Shown here: positions 46,967-62,095 of the stretch, piece after piece
Layout of the letters: each line of letters begins with the position of its first letter
Position numbering within the stretch: the first letter of the stretch is position 1
DNA from: Escherichia coli
GTDB taxonomy: Bacteria; Pseudomonadota; Gammaproteobacteria; Enterobacterales; Enterobacteriaceae
Length of the DNA: 64,000 bases
Assembly: GCF_003334405.1 (NCBI RefSeq)
Contig: NZ_QOWM01000010.1
Direction: 5' to 3' (one strand)
Position numbers and translations under genes: made by a program
The notes under the pieces: model-generated
Told to the model about the DNA's origin: nothing
Seen by the model: the letters and a program-made list of their open reading frames with translations, nothing else
Databases searched by the model: none

Positions 46967-47356
46967 ATGCTGGTTTCTTGCGCAATGCGACTTCACTCGG
47001 GCGTTTTTCCAGATTATGCTGAAAAATTACCTCAGGAAGAAAAGATGGAAAAAGAAGATTCATTTCCCCAACGCGTCTGGCAAATCGTCGCCGCTATTCC
47101 CGAAGGCTATGTCACCACTTACGGTGATGTGGCGAAACTGGCGGGATCGCCCCGCGCCGCGCGCCAGGTGGGCGGTGTGTTAAAGCGTCTCCCTGAAGGC
47201 AGCACCTTACCCTGGCACCGGGTGGTTAATCGCCACGGCACAATTTCGCTAACCGGACCGGATTTACAGCGTCAGCGACAGGCATTACTGGCAGAAGGTG
47301 TGATGGTATCGGGAAGCGGGCAAATCGACTTGCAGCGTTATCGCTGGAACTACTAA
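46967..47356 (+). CDS. atl: Alkyltransferase-like protein (ATL; O6-alkylguanine DNA-binding, non-catalytic), 129 aa
   Basis: ORF track 46946..47356; start set at the ATG at 46967 (MLVSCAMRL...). Methyltransferase-like DNA-binding fold lacking the catalytic cysteine context (PWHRVVN). Start is uncertain. Confidence 0.82.
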   Translation: MLVSCAMRLHSGVFPDYAEKLPQEEKMEKEDSFPQRVWQIVAAIPEGYVTTYGDVAKLAGSPRAARQVGGVLKRLPEGSTLPWHRVVNRHGTISLTGPDLQRQRQALLAEGVMVSGSGQIDLQRYRWNY

Positions 47357-47386
47357 CCCTCTCCGGGCGGAGAGGGTTAACGTCGC

Positions 47387-47959
47387 TTAATATTGCGTAG
47401 GAGCTGGAACTGCCGAAGACGGATTCACCTGAGTTGGTGAAGTCGAAGGTACGGTAGTCGTTGCGCCACCGCTGGCCTGAACCGGCACGGCGGTTTGCTG
47501 TACCGGCACCAATGTCAGGTCGGCTTTAGTTCCGCCCTGGTTGATCACCGGCTGAACGGTATCGGTGATAAATACCAGTTTGTCATTCACGGTAATCGCC
47601 GCACTCAACAGAATACGCGCGTTCGGCTGAACATCTGCCGGGTTAAATGGCAGAACAAAGCTGAATGGTGACTGTTTACCTTCAGTACGCACCGCTTTCT
47701 GCGCCAGCACTTTTGACGGTGCATCGGCTAACGACGCGTCAGAAAGTGTCACGGTCAGCACAGCATCAGGCGGCAGTGCGACTTTCTGACGGATCCAGAC
47801 GGTACCGGAGACATTCGGTTGCTGGATAGCTGGTTGTTGTGTTGCTGAAATAGACGTATTTGCAGCCGGTGCTGGCGTCTGAATATCCGCGCTTTTATCT
47901 GCGCAAGCCGCCAACGCAATCGCAACCGCTAAACCACTGGCCATGTGCACGAGTTTCAT
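47387..47959 (-). CDS. ybaY: Lipoprotein YbaY, 190 aa
   Basis: ORF track 190 aa; signal peptide with lipobox LAACA and a Pro/Thr/Ala-rich low-complexity C-terminus. Confidence 0.88.
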   Translation of the reverse strand: MKLVHMASGLAVAIALAACADKSADIQTPAPAANTSISATQQPAIQQPNVSGTVWIRQKVALPPDAVLTVTLSDASLADAPSKVLAQKAVRTEGKQSPFSFVLPFNPADVQPNARILLSAAITVNDKLVFITDTVQPVINQGGTKADLTLVPVQQTAVPVQASGGATTTVPSTSPTQVNPSSAVPAPTQY

Positions 47960-48176
47960 TCATTTCTCCTTATTATCAATGCACCAGCGGGCTAACTTTC
48001 CTCGCCGGAAGAGTGGTTAACAAAATAGTAACGTCAACAAGTGTGGCACACATCACGCATTTCTGCCTGTAATTAGCCCGTAATTCAGACCATTGCACCC
48101 ATCGGACCAGTAGCAAATTTGCGTTATACTCAACTCACTTTGGCTTGCTGCGGCAGCTTTGTTACTGGAGAGTTAT

Positions 48177-49037
48177 ATGAGTCAGGCGCTAAAAAATTTA
48201 CTGACATTGTTAAATCTGGAAAAAATTGAGGAAGGACTCTTTCGCGGCCAGAGTGAAGATTTAGGTTTACGCCAGGTGTTTGGCGGCCAGGTCGTGGGTC
48301 AGGCCTTGTATGCTGCAAAAGAGACCGTCCCTGAAGAGCGGCTGGTACATTCGTTTCACAGCTACTTTCTTCGCCCTGGCGATAGTAAGAAGCCGATTAT
48401 TTATGATGTCGAAACGCTGCGTGACGGTAACAGCTTCAGCGCCCGCCGGGTTGCTGCTATTCAAAACGGCAAACCGATTTTTTATATGACTGCCTCTTTC
48501 CAGGCACCAGAAGCGGGTTTCGAACATCAAAAAACAATGCCGTCCGCGCCAGCGCCTGATGGCCTACCTTCGGAAACGCAAATCGCCCAATCGCTGGCGC
48601 ACCTGCTGCCGCCAGTGCTGAAAGATAAATTCATCTGCGATCGTCCGCTGGAAGTCCGTCCGGTGGAGTTTCATAACCCACTGAAAGGTCACGTCGCAGA
48701 ACCACATCGTCAGGTGTGGATCCGCGCAAATGGTAGCGTGCCGGATGACCTGCGCGTTCATCAGTATCTGCTCGGTTACGCTTCTGATCTTAACTTCCTG
48801 CCGGTAGCTCTACAGCCGCACGGCATCGGTTTTCTCGAACCGGGGATTCAGATTGCCACCATTGACCATTCCATGTGGTTCCATCGCCCGTTTAATTTGA
48901 ATGAATGGCTGCTGTATAGCGTGGAGAGCACCTCGGCGTCCAGCGCACGTGGCTTTGTGCGCGGTGAGTTTTATACCCAAGACGGCGTACTGGTTGCCTC
49001 GACCGTTCAGGAAGGGGTGATGCGTAATCACAATTAA
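48177..49037 (+). CDS. tesB: Acyl-CoA thioesterase II, 286 aa
   Basis: ORF track 48159..49037; trimmed to the ATG at 48177 ([30 protein letters not shown]...). Confidence 0.95.
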
Positions 49038-49085
49038 AAAAATAGCCGGAGGTGAAAACCGTCCGGCTGTTTTTTGCAGTGCTTG

Positions 49086-50372
49086 TTACGCGTTATAGGC
49101 ATTCTCGCCGTGGCTGTTGACATCCAGCCCTTCTCGCTCCTGCTCTTCCGGTACACGCAGACCAACCGTCAGATCCGCCAATTTGTAGCCGATAAATGCC
49201 ACAACACCGGACCAGACGATCGTAATGGCGATGCTTTCCAGCTGTACCAGCAACTGATGGCCCATCGTCACACCTTCAGCGAAGCCCACGCCGCCCAGCG
49301 AGCTGGCGGCAAAAATCCCGGTCATGATACAGCCGACAATGCCACAAACGCCGTGCACACCGAAGACATCGCAGGGATCATCCACCCGCAGCAAGCGTTT
49401 GAGCATGGTAACGCCCCACAAGCCCGCCAGACCAGCTACCACGCCGATAATCAACGCGCCGCCAACCCCAATGTAGCCGCAGGCTGGCGTCACGCCGACC
49501 AGGCCGGCAATCGCGCCAGAACACGCCCCCAGCAGTGAAGGCTTACCACGCAGCGCCCATTCACCGAAGATCCAGCCAAGAATTGCCGCCGCCGTTGCGA
49601 CCACAGTATTCACAAATGCCAGTGCCGCGATTTCATTCGCCGTGCCCGCTGACCCGGCGTTAAAGCCAAACCAACCGATATAGAGAATGGCAGTCCCGGT
49701 GAAGACCATCGGCAGGTTGTGCGGTTTAAACGCCTCTTTACCGAAGCCCACGCGTTTTCCTATCAGATACGCGCCCACCAGACCGGCGATTGCGGCGTTA
49801 ATGTGCACCACGGTGCCACCCGCGAAATCCAGCGCACCGTGAGAAGCCAGCAAACCACCGCCCCACACCATATGCGCAATCGGAATGTAAGAGAGCGTCA
49901 GCCATACCACCACGAAAATCAACACAGCTGAGAAGCGGATTCGTTCCGCCAGCGCCCCAACTATCAAGCCGACGGTAATGCAGGCAAACGATCCCTGAAA
50001 CGCCACGTGGATATACTGATAAATGCTGCCCATCACCGCCGTCAGTTCGATGTTTTTCAGCATCAACCAGTTAATGTTGCCGAAGAAGTTGTTGCCCTCA
50101 CCAAACGCCAGCGAGTAACCGTAAACCACCCAGAGAATACAGACCAGTGCAAATGTCACCGTCACCTGCGTCAGCATCGACAGCACGTTTTTGCCGCGAA
50201 TCAACCCACCGTAAAACAGGGCAATCCCCGGAATAGTCATAAACAGCACCAGCGCAGTACAAATCATCATAAACGCATTGTCGGCTTTATCGGCCACCGC
50301 AGGTGCAGCCATTACCAGTCCCGGAAGCATCGCCAGTGAAGCAAGCCCAGTTTTTATCGTCGCTATCTTCAT
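49086..50372 (-). CDS. amtB: Ammonium channel AmtB, 428 aa
   Basis: ORF track 428 aa; signal peptide and 11-TM Amt/MEP fold; lies immediately downstream of glnK on the same strand. Confidence 0.97.
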   Translation of the reverse strand: MKIATIKTGLASLAMLPGLVMAAPAVADKADNAFMMICTALVLFMTIPGIALFYGGLIRGKNVLSMLTQVTVTFALVCILWVVYGYSLAFGEGNNFFGNINWLMLKNIELTAVMGSIYQYIHVAFQGSFACITVGLIVGALAERIRFSAVLIFVVVWLTLSYIPIAHMVWGGGLLASHGALDFAGGTVVHINAAIAGLVGAYLIGKRVGFGKEAFKPHNLPMVFTGTAILYIGWFGFNAGSAGTANEIAALAFVNTVVATAAAILGWIFGEWALRGKPSLLGACSGAIAGLVGVTPACGYIGVGGALIIGVVAGLAGLWGVTMLKRLLRVDDPCDVFGVHGVCGIVGCIMTGIFAASSLGGVGFAEGVTMGHQLLVQLESIAITIVWSGVVAFIGYKLADLTVGLRVPEEQEREGLDVNSHGENAYNA

Positions 50373-50401
50373 TTTTCGTTCCTGTTGCTGTGTGCCAGAG
50401 A

Positions 50402-50740
50402 TTACAGCGCCGCTTCGTCGGCTTCGCCGGTACGAATACGAATGACGCGTTGCAATTCAGCGACGAAGATTTTGCCGTCGCCAATTTTTCCGGTGTAAGC
50501 CGCCTTACTGACGATATCGATCACTTCATCGAGTTGGTCATCAGCAATCGCCACATCAATTTTTACTTTTGGCAGGAAATTGACGCTGTATTCCGCCCCC
50601 CGGTACAGCTCGGCATGCCCTTTCTGACGCCCGAAACCTTTCACTTCGGTGACGGTCAGGCCCTGAATACCAATGGAAGATAACGCTTCACGAACGTCTT
50701 CCAGCTTGAATGGTTTGATTATCACGGTCACCAGCTTCAT
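50402..50740 (-). CDS. glnK: PII nitrogen regulatory protein GlnK, 112 aa
   Basis: ORF track 50402..50878; trimmed to the ATG at 50740 (MKLVTVIIKPFKLEDVREAL...). T-loop uridylylation region RYRGAEY-like (LYRGAEYSV). Confidence 0.96.
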   Translation of the reverse strand: MKLVTVIIKPFKLEDVREALSSIGIQGLTVTEVKGFGRQKGHAELYRGAEYSVNFLPKVKIDVAIADDQLDEVIDIVSKAAYTGKIGDGKIFVAELQRVIRIRTGEADEAAL

Positions 50741-50792
50741 AGATCCCCTCCGGTCAGAATTCGGTAATGGTTCTGCTACACGAAGAAGGTAT

Positions 50793-50808
50793 TGCAAGCG
50801 GTGTGCCA
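50793..50808 (-). promoter_or_regulatory. sigma54 (-24/-12) promoter of glnK-amtB
   Basis: Minus strand reads TGGCAC-accgc-TTGCA (consensus TGGCAC-N5-TTGCA), about 55 bp upstream of the glnK ATG. TGCAC-containing dyads further upstream (about 50860..50905) are candidate NtrC sites. Confidence 0.8.
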
Positions 50809-50920
50809 GAAATGAAAAACGAGAAAGAGAGCAGGAAGTTAAGAAGTTTGAAAATGAAAACGCACTATGACAGTGCACAGTGCGTTACATTTTTGCACCA
50901 ACGATGAAATATTGCGCTAT

Positions 50921-54467
<3,547 letters not shown>

Positions 54468-54496
54468 GCGTTGTGTCCTGACCTGATTCTGGATAT

Positions 54497-54955
54497 TTAT
54501 TCGATGGGTAAAGAAGTGGTGTATTTAATCTGTTCCATCGCGAAGCTGGAAGTGACGTCCGACAGCCCCGGCACGCTGTTTACCAGACGCTTATAAAACT
54601 CGTCGTAGCGTTTCATGTCGGCAACCTGGACGCGCATCAGATAATCGTATTCACCAGCCATGCGCCAGAACCCCAGCACTTCTGGCATTTCGGTAACCAC
54701 CGTGACAAAGCGGCAATACCATTCGCTGCTGTGATGTTGCGTTTTTATCAGCACAAAAGCGGTCAGGCCGAGGCCTATTTTTTCCGGATCCAGCAGGGCG
54801 ACTTTGCCGATAAGGATACCGTCGTCCTCCAGCCGTTTCAGGCGCTTCCAGCAAGGGGTGGTTGTCAGATTAACGGCTTCAGCCAGTGCCTGCAAAGAGA
54901 GGGTGCAATCCTGCTGCAGTAAGGCCAGCAGCTTACGGTCAATTTTATCTAACAT
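54497..54955 (-). CDS. decR: Lrp/AsnC-family transcriptional regulator, 152 aa
   Basis: ORF track 54497..55183; trimmed to the ATG at 54953..54955 ([31 protein letters not shown]..., HTH plus RAM domain). Confidence 0.9.
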
Positions 54956-55107
54956 AGCCCTTCCACAGAGAATTTTTTTCTCTTTTAATTTTATTTTAAA
55001 GGTGAAATCACGACAATTTATTCTGTGCGGTTTAAACACCACGGCACAAAATGACAAATTCAACGCAAAAAAAACCGGGCAATTGCCCGGTGCTGGAAGG
55101 GATCTCG

Positions 55108-55926
55108 TTATTCGGGGGAATAAGGTAGATGTGGATAGTCCAGCCAGTGCGTCAAATAGTGAGAGACAGCCTGATTTCGGCAATGTCCAATCACCGGTAA
55201 ATGCGGGAGCTCCGCGCGCAGTTGCGGCATCGCATTGCCCATAATAAATCCGCTACCGACGCTGACTAACATTTCGCGATCGTTCATCGCATCACCAAAG
55301 GCCATGCAATCGCGCAACGATAAACCTAAATGTTGGGTCAGCACCGTCAATGCAGCGCCTTTATTGCAGCCCACCGGCAGCACTTCGAGGCAATCCGTGG
55401 CGGAAAAACACAAATGTGCACGCTCGCCTAATGCTTCGTATAGCTGGATCTGCAAGCGTGTAAGATCGTCGTGATCGCCACAGAAGCAGATCTTGGTGAC
55501 GCTGCCGAGTGGCATTTTTTTGACATCGATTATCTGATAACGAAAACCGCTATAGACAAATGCCTGCAACAACGCAGGGATCTCTTTCCCGGTAAACCAA
55601 CCGTCGTCATTGAAGATATGCATGCTGGCTCGGGTATCCCATTGCTGATACAGCACCAGCTCCGCGACATCCGCAGGTAAATCATCACGATGTAAAAGTT
55701 CACCTTCCAGAGAATGCACGCGCGTTCCGTTGCCGGTAATCAAATACGCATCCAGCGATAGCGCCCCGAGAATATGCTGCATCTCCAGCGCATGACGCCC
55801 CGTGGCAAAAGTGAGGGTAATGTCGCGTTCACGCAGTCGCGCCAAAGTAGAGAGGGTTTTCTCACCTAAATGATGGTCAGGCATCAATAAAGTGCCATCC
55901 ATATCAAATGCTGCCAGACGAGCCAT
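55108..55926 (-). CDS. cof: HAD-superfamily phosphatase (HMP-PP phosphatase Cof), 272 aa
   Basis: ORF track 55108..55938; trimmed to the ATG at 55926 ([17 protein letters not shown] motif I DxDGT). Confidence 0.92.
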
Positions 55927-56025
55927 TTCTTTCTCCACTCTGTGACACGGTTAATGGTGATTGAGTATCACCTGATATATACGGAAGTAATAGTGAATAG
56001 TTAAATAATATTGTTCCGGGTTTAT

Positions 56026-57726
56026 ATGCGATTGCTCAACCGTCTTAACCAGTATCAACGTCTGTGGCAACCTTCCGCCGGAAAGCCGCAAACCGTCACC
56101 GTCAGCGAACTGGCCGAACGCTGTTTTTGCAGCGAACGCCATGTTCGTACGCTGTTGCGTCAGGCACAGGAGGCGGGATGGCTGGAGTGGCAGGCGCAGT
56201 CAGGACGCGGAAAGCGCGGACAATTACGCTTTCTGGTCACGCCGGAATCGCTACGCAATGCGATGATGGAACAGGCACTGGAAACCGGAAAGCAGCAAGA
56301 TGTGCTGGAGCTGGCGCAACTGGCCCCAGGTGAGCTGCGCACTCTGTTACAGCCGTTTATGGGCGGACAATGGCAAAACGATACACCCACGTTGCGTATT
56401 CCCTACTATCGCCCGCTCGAACCGCTACAACCAGGCTTTTTGCCCGGCCGTGCCGAGCAGCATCTCGCCGGGCAGATATTTTCCGGCCTGACCCGCTTCG
56501 ATAATAATACTCAGCGCCCGATTGGCGATTTAGCGCATCACTGGGAAACCTCTACTGACGGGTTACGCTGGGACTTTTATCTTCGTTCAACCCTACACTG
56601 GCATAACGGCGATGCAGTAAAAGCCTCACACTTACACCAGCGATTATTGATGCTGTTACAACTGCCAGCACTGGATCAATTATTTATTAGCGTGAAGCGT
56701 ATTGAAGTCACCCATCCGCAGTGTCTGACCTTCTTTTTACATCGCCCTGATTACTGGCTTGCGCACCGGCTGGCGAGCTATTGCAGCCATCTGGCGCATC
56801 CGCAATTCCCACTGATCGGCACGGGTCCTTTTCGCTTAACACAATTCACAGCAGAGCTGGTGCGCCTGGAAAGCCATGATTATTACCATTTACGTCATCC
56901 GCTGCTTAAAGCGGTTGAGTACTGGATAACTCCGCCGCTTTTCGAAAAAGATTTGGGAACCAGTTGTCGGCATCCCGTGCAAATCACCATCGGCAAACCG
57001 GAGGAGCTGCAACGGGTCAGCCAGGTCAGTAGCGGCATCAGTTTAGGTTTTTGCTATTTGACGTTGCGCAAAAGTCCCCGACTCTCCCTCTGGCAGGCGC
57101 GAAAAGTGATCTCCATTATTCATCAATCCGGTTTATTACAAACGTTAGAAGTCGGAGAAAACCTGATCACCGCCAGTCATGCATTACTGCCAGGCTGGAC
57201 TATTCCGCATTGGCAGGTACCGGATGAAGTCAAACTACCGAAAACCTTGACGCTGGTTTATCACCTACCGATAGAACTTCATACCATGGCAGAACGCCTA
57301 CAGGCGACACTGGCAGCGGAAGGCTGTGAACTCACAATTATTTTTCATAACGCAAAAAACTGGGACGACACGACCCTACAGGCACACGCAGACCTCATGA
57401 TGGGCGACAGATTAATTGGCGAAGCACCGGAATATACTCTGGAGCAATGGCTGCGCTGCGATCCGCTGTGGCCACATGTTTTCGACGCTCCAGCATACGC
57501 ACATCTACAATCGACACTGGATGCCGTGCAAATAATGCCTGATGAAGAAAACCGATTTAATGCCCTGAAAGCGGTTTTTAGCCAGTTAATGACAGATGCG
57601 ACGCTGACGCCGCTGTTCAACTATCACTATCGCATTAGTGCCCCTCCCGGCGTGAACGGTGTGCGACTGACACCGCGCGGCTGGTTTGAATTTACCGAAG
57701 CCTGGCTTCCCGCGCCATCGCAATGA
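56026..57726 (+). CDS. ybaE: SgrR-like putative transcriptional regulator: N-terminal winged-helix domain fused to a solute-binding-protein (family 5) domain, 566 aa
   Basis: ORF track 56011..57726 begins at a TTG; start moved to the ATG at 56026 (MRLLNRLNQYQRLWQ...). N-terminal segment TVSELAERCFCSERHVRTLLRQAQEAGWLEWQAQSGRGKRGQLRF resembles a winged-helix DNA-binding module; there is no signal peptide. Confidence 0.85.
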   Translation: MRLLNRLNQYQRLWQPSAGKPQTVTVSELAERCFCSERHVRTLLRQAQEAGWLEWQAQSGRGKRGQLRFLVTPESLRNAMMEQALETGKQQDVLELAQLAPGELRTLLQPFMGGQWQNDTPTLRIPYYRPLEPLQPGFLPGRAEQHLAGQIFSGLTRFDNNTQRPIGDLAHHWETSTDGLRWDFYLRSTLHWHNGDAVKASHLHQRLLMLLQLPALDQLFISVKRIEVTHPQCLTFFLHRPDYWLAHRLASYCSHLAHPQFPLIGTGPFRLTQFTAELVRLESHDYYHLRHPLLKAVEYWITPPLFEKDLGTSCRHPVQITIGKPEELQRVSQVSSGISLGFCYLTLRKSPRLSLWQARKVISIIHQSGLLQTLEVGENLITASHALLPGWTIPHWQVPDEVKLPKTLTLVYHLPIELHTMAERLQATLAAEGCELTIIFHNAKNWDDTTLQAHADLMMGDRLIGEAPEYTLEQWLRCDPLWPHVFDAPAYAHLQSTLDAVQIMPDEENRFNALKAVFSQLMTDATLTPLFNYHYRISAPPGVNGVRLTPRGWFEFTEAWLPAPSQ

Positions 57727-57790
57727 ATAGCTGGTCCGGGTTAATCGCAGGCGTTACCATAACGCTTTTATTGTTCAAGCAGGATTATCT

Positions 57791-58486
57791 ATGAAACGTG
57801 CTGTCGTTGTGTTCAGTGGAGGTCAGGATTCCACCACCTGTCTGGTGCAGGCATTACAACAATATGATGAAGTCCATTGCGTGACGTTCGATTACGGTCA
57901 GCGGCATCGCGCAGAAATCGACGTGGCACGCGAACTGGCGCTGAAACTGGGGGCACGCGCGCATAAGGTGCTGGATGTCACCCTGCTCAACAAGCTGGCG
58001 GTCAGTAGCCTGACGCGTGACAGCATTCCGGTGCCTGATTATGAACCTGAAGCCGATGGTATCCCGAATACGTTTGTCCCAGGGCGTAATATTTTGTTCC
58101 TGACGCTGGCGGCAATATATGCGTATCAGGTAAAAGCAGAAGCCGTAATTACTGGCGTCTGCGAAACGGATTTCTCCGGCTACCCGGATTGCCGCGATGA
58201 GTTTGTGAAAGCACTAAACCATGCCGTCAGTTTGGGCATGGCGAAAGATATTCGTTTTGAAACGCCGCTGATGTGGATTGATAAAGCGGAAACCTGGGCG
58301 CTGGCAGATTATTACGGCAAACTGGATTTAGTCCGTAACGAAACGTTGACCTGCTATAACGGCTTTAAAGGCGACGGTTGCGGTCATTGTGCGGCATGTA
58401 ATTTACGCGCCAACGGTTTGAATCATTATCTGGCCGATAAACCGACGGTGATGGCAGCGATGAAGCAGAAAACCGGGTTGAGGTAA
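57791..58486 (+). CDS. queC: 7-cyano-7-deazaguanine synthase QueC, 231 aa
   Basis: ORF track 231 aa; PP-loop ATPase motif SGGQDSTT and a C-terminal zinc-binding cysteine cluster ([16 protein letters not shown]). Confidence 0.96.
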   Translation: MKRAVVVFSGGQDSTTCLVQALQQYDEVHCVTFDYGQRHRAEIDVARELALKLGARAHKVLDVTLLNKLAVSSLTRDSIPVPDYEPEADGIPNTFVPGRNILFLTLAAIYAYQVKAEAVITGVCETDFSGYPDCRDEFVKALNHAVSLGMAKDIRFETPLMWIDKAETWALADYYGKLDLVRNETLTCYNGFKGDGCGHCAACNLRANGLNHYLADKPTVMAAMKQKTGLR

Positions 58487-58500
58487 TTATTCCGGGTGTC

Positions 58501-58527
58501 GCCGGATGCGGCTTGAGCATCCGGCAC
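58501..58527. terminator. GC-rich hairpin between convergent queC and fadM (probable bidirectional terminator)
   Basis: gccggatgcggc-ttgag-catccggcac read directly between the two convergent stop codons. Confidence 0.6.
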
Positions 58528-58537
58528 CACAAAACGT

Positions 58538-58936
58538 TTACTTAACCATCTGCTCCAGCTTTTCGCGCAATTCCCCTTCCAGAGCTAATGCTTTCTGCGT
58601 TTTAAGATCAATACAAACAAACGTAATAAGCGCATCCGCTACCACCTGCCCTTCCGGCTCCAGTGTAATGACCTGGCTTAAGATGCCGCTTTTACCGTTT
58701 AATTGCTGCAACTGACTGGTAATAGTTAACAGGTCACTTAATACCGCTGGGCGACGATAGTTAATATTGATATTGACCACGACGAAGGCGATGTTATGGG
58801 CCGTCATCCACTGAAAACTGTCGCTATTTTCCAACCCATCCCAGCGGGCTTCTTCGAGAAATTCAAGGTAGCGGGCGTTGTTGACGTGCTGGTAAACGTC
58901 GAGATGATATCCACGAACTTTGATTTGTGTTTGCAT
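58538..58936 (-). CDS. fadM: Long-chain acyl-CoA thioesterase III (hotdog fold), 132 aa
   Basis: ORF track 132 aa; 4HBT hotdog thioesterase. Confidence 0.93.
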   Translation of the reverse strand: MQTQIKVRGYHLDVYQHVNNARYLEFLEEARWDGLENSDSFQWMTAHNIAFVVVNININYRRPAVLSDLLTITSQLQQLNGKSGILSQVITLEPEGQVVADALITFVCIDLKTQKALALEGELREKLEQMVK

Positions 58937-58977
58937 AGCGCAATAACCTTACGTTGTTGTTATAAGTACAGAGGTCA

Positions 58978-61423
<2,446 letters not shown>

Positions 61424-61546
61424 GGTGTAACAACACTCCGCTGTAGATGACTGTGTACCTCACGCAACGTATCGATGCGCGCAAAGGCCTATTGTGACAA
61501 GAAACGGGGGCAATTGTCAGCCCACAAGACGCAGAAAGTCACCGAA

Positions 61547-61580
61547 TACAAATAAAAAAGGCACATCAGTAGATGCGCCC
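61547..61580 (-). terminator. Putative intrinsic terminator of hupB
   Basis: Minus strand: ggcgcatc-tact-gatgtgcc stem (one mismatch) followed by ttttttatttg. Confidence 0.6.
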
Positions 61581-61614
61581 TTGAACTTCGTCACATCCCC
61601 ACTGGGGACAACGC

Positions 61615-61887
61615 TTAGTTTACCGCGTCTTTCAGTGCTTTACCTGCACGGAAGCTCGGTACTTTAGCAGCAGCGATGGTGATCTCTTTACCGGTCTGCG
61701 GGTTGCGGCCAGTACGGGCAGCACGCTCTTTAACGGCAAAAGTACCAAAACCTACCAGTGCTACATCATCCCCTTCTTTCAGAGATTCAGTTACGGAAGC
61801 AATAATAGCATCTAACGCACGGCCAGCCGCAGCTTTAGAGATATCAGCCCCTGCAGCAATCTTGTCGATCAATTGAGATTTATTCAC
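61615..61887 (-). CDS. hupB: DNA-binding protein HU-beta, 90 aa
   Basis: ORF track 90 aa; [27 protein letters not shown]... canonical HU/IHF fold. Confidence 0.98.
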
Positions 61888-62026
61888 TCTTCTCTTCCTC
61901 TTTATAATTTATATCGCACTTGAATCCTTCAAGGTACGAACGCGCAGCAGTTATATCAGGCCAGCCATCCCCTTACAACACCCCTTAATAAGGGCAAGCC
62001 CGATCCGCCATCTAACTTAGCGAGAC

Positions 62027-62064
62027 AAAAAAAGGCTGGCAAGCCCGAATTAGCCTGCCAGCCC
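62027..62064 (-). terminator. Intrinsic terminator downstream of lon (hairpin flanked by A/T runs on both sides; possibly bidirectional)
   Basis: aaaaaaa-ggctggcaagccc-gaat-tagcctgccagcc-ctgttttta; perfect 8-bp-plus stem with a U-tract on the minus strand immediately after the lon stop. Confidence 0.75.
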
Positions 62065-62095
62065 TGTTTTTATTAGTGCATTTTGCGCGAGGTCA

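Noticed and set aside
46725-47063. 112-aa and 60-aa ORFs overlapping the ffs locus
   Set aside because: The region encodes the 4.5S SRP RNA on the minus strand; the ORFs are read-through of a structured RNA gene.
50741-50878. N-terminal extension of glnK in the ORF track (158 aa versus 112 aa)
   Set aside because: The extension runs through the sigma54 promoter; GlnK homology starts at the internal ATG at 50740. The same trimming logic was applied to tesA, cnoX, fetB, adk, ybaB, apt, acrA, ylaC, tesB, mdlB, decR, cof, ybaE and ybaQ.
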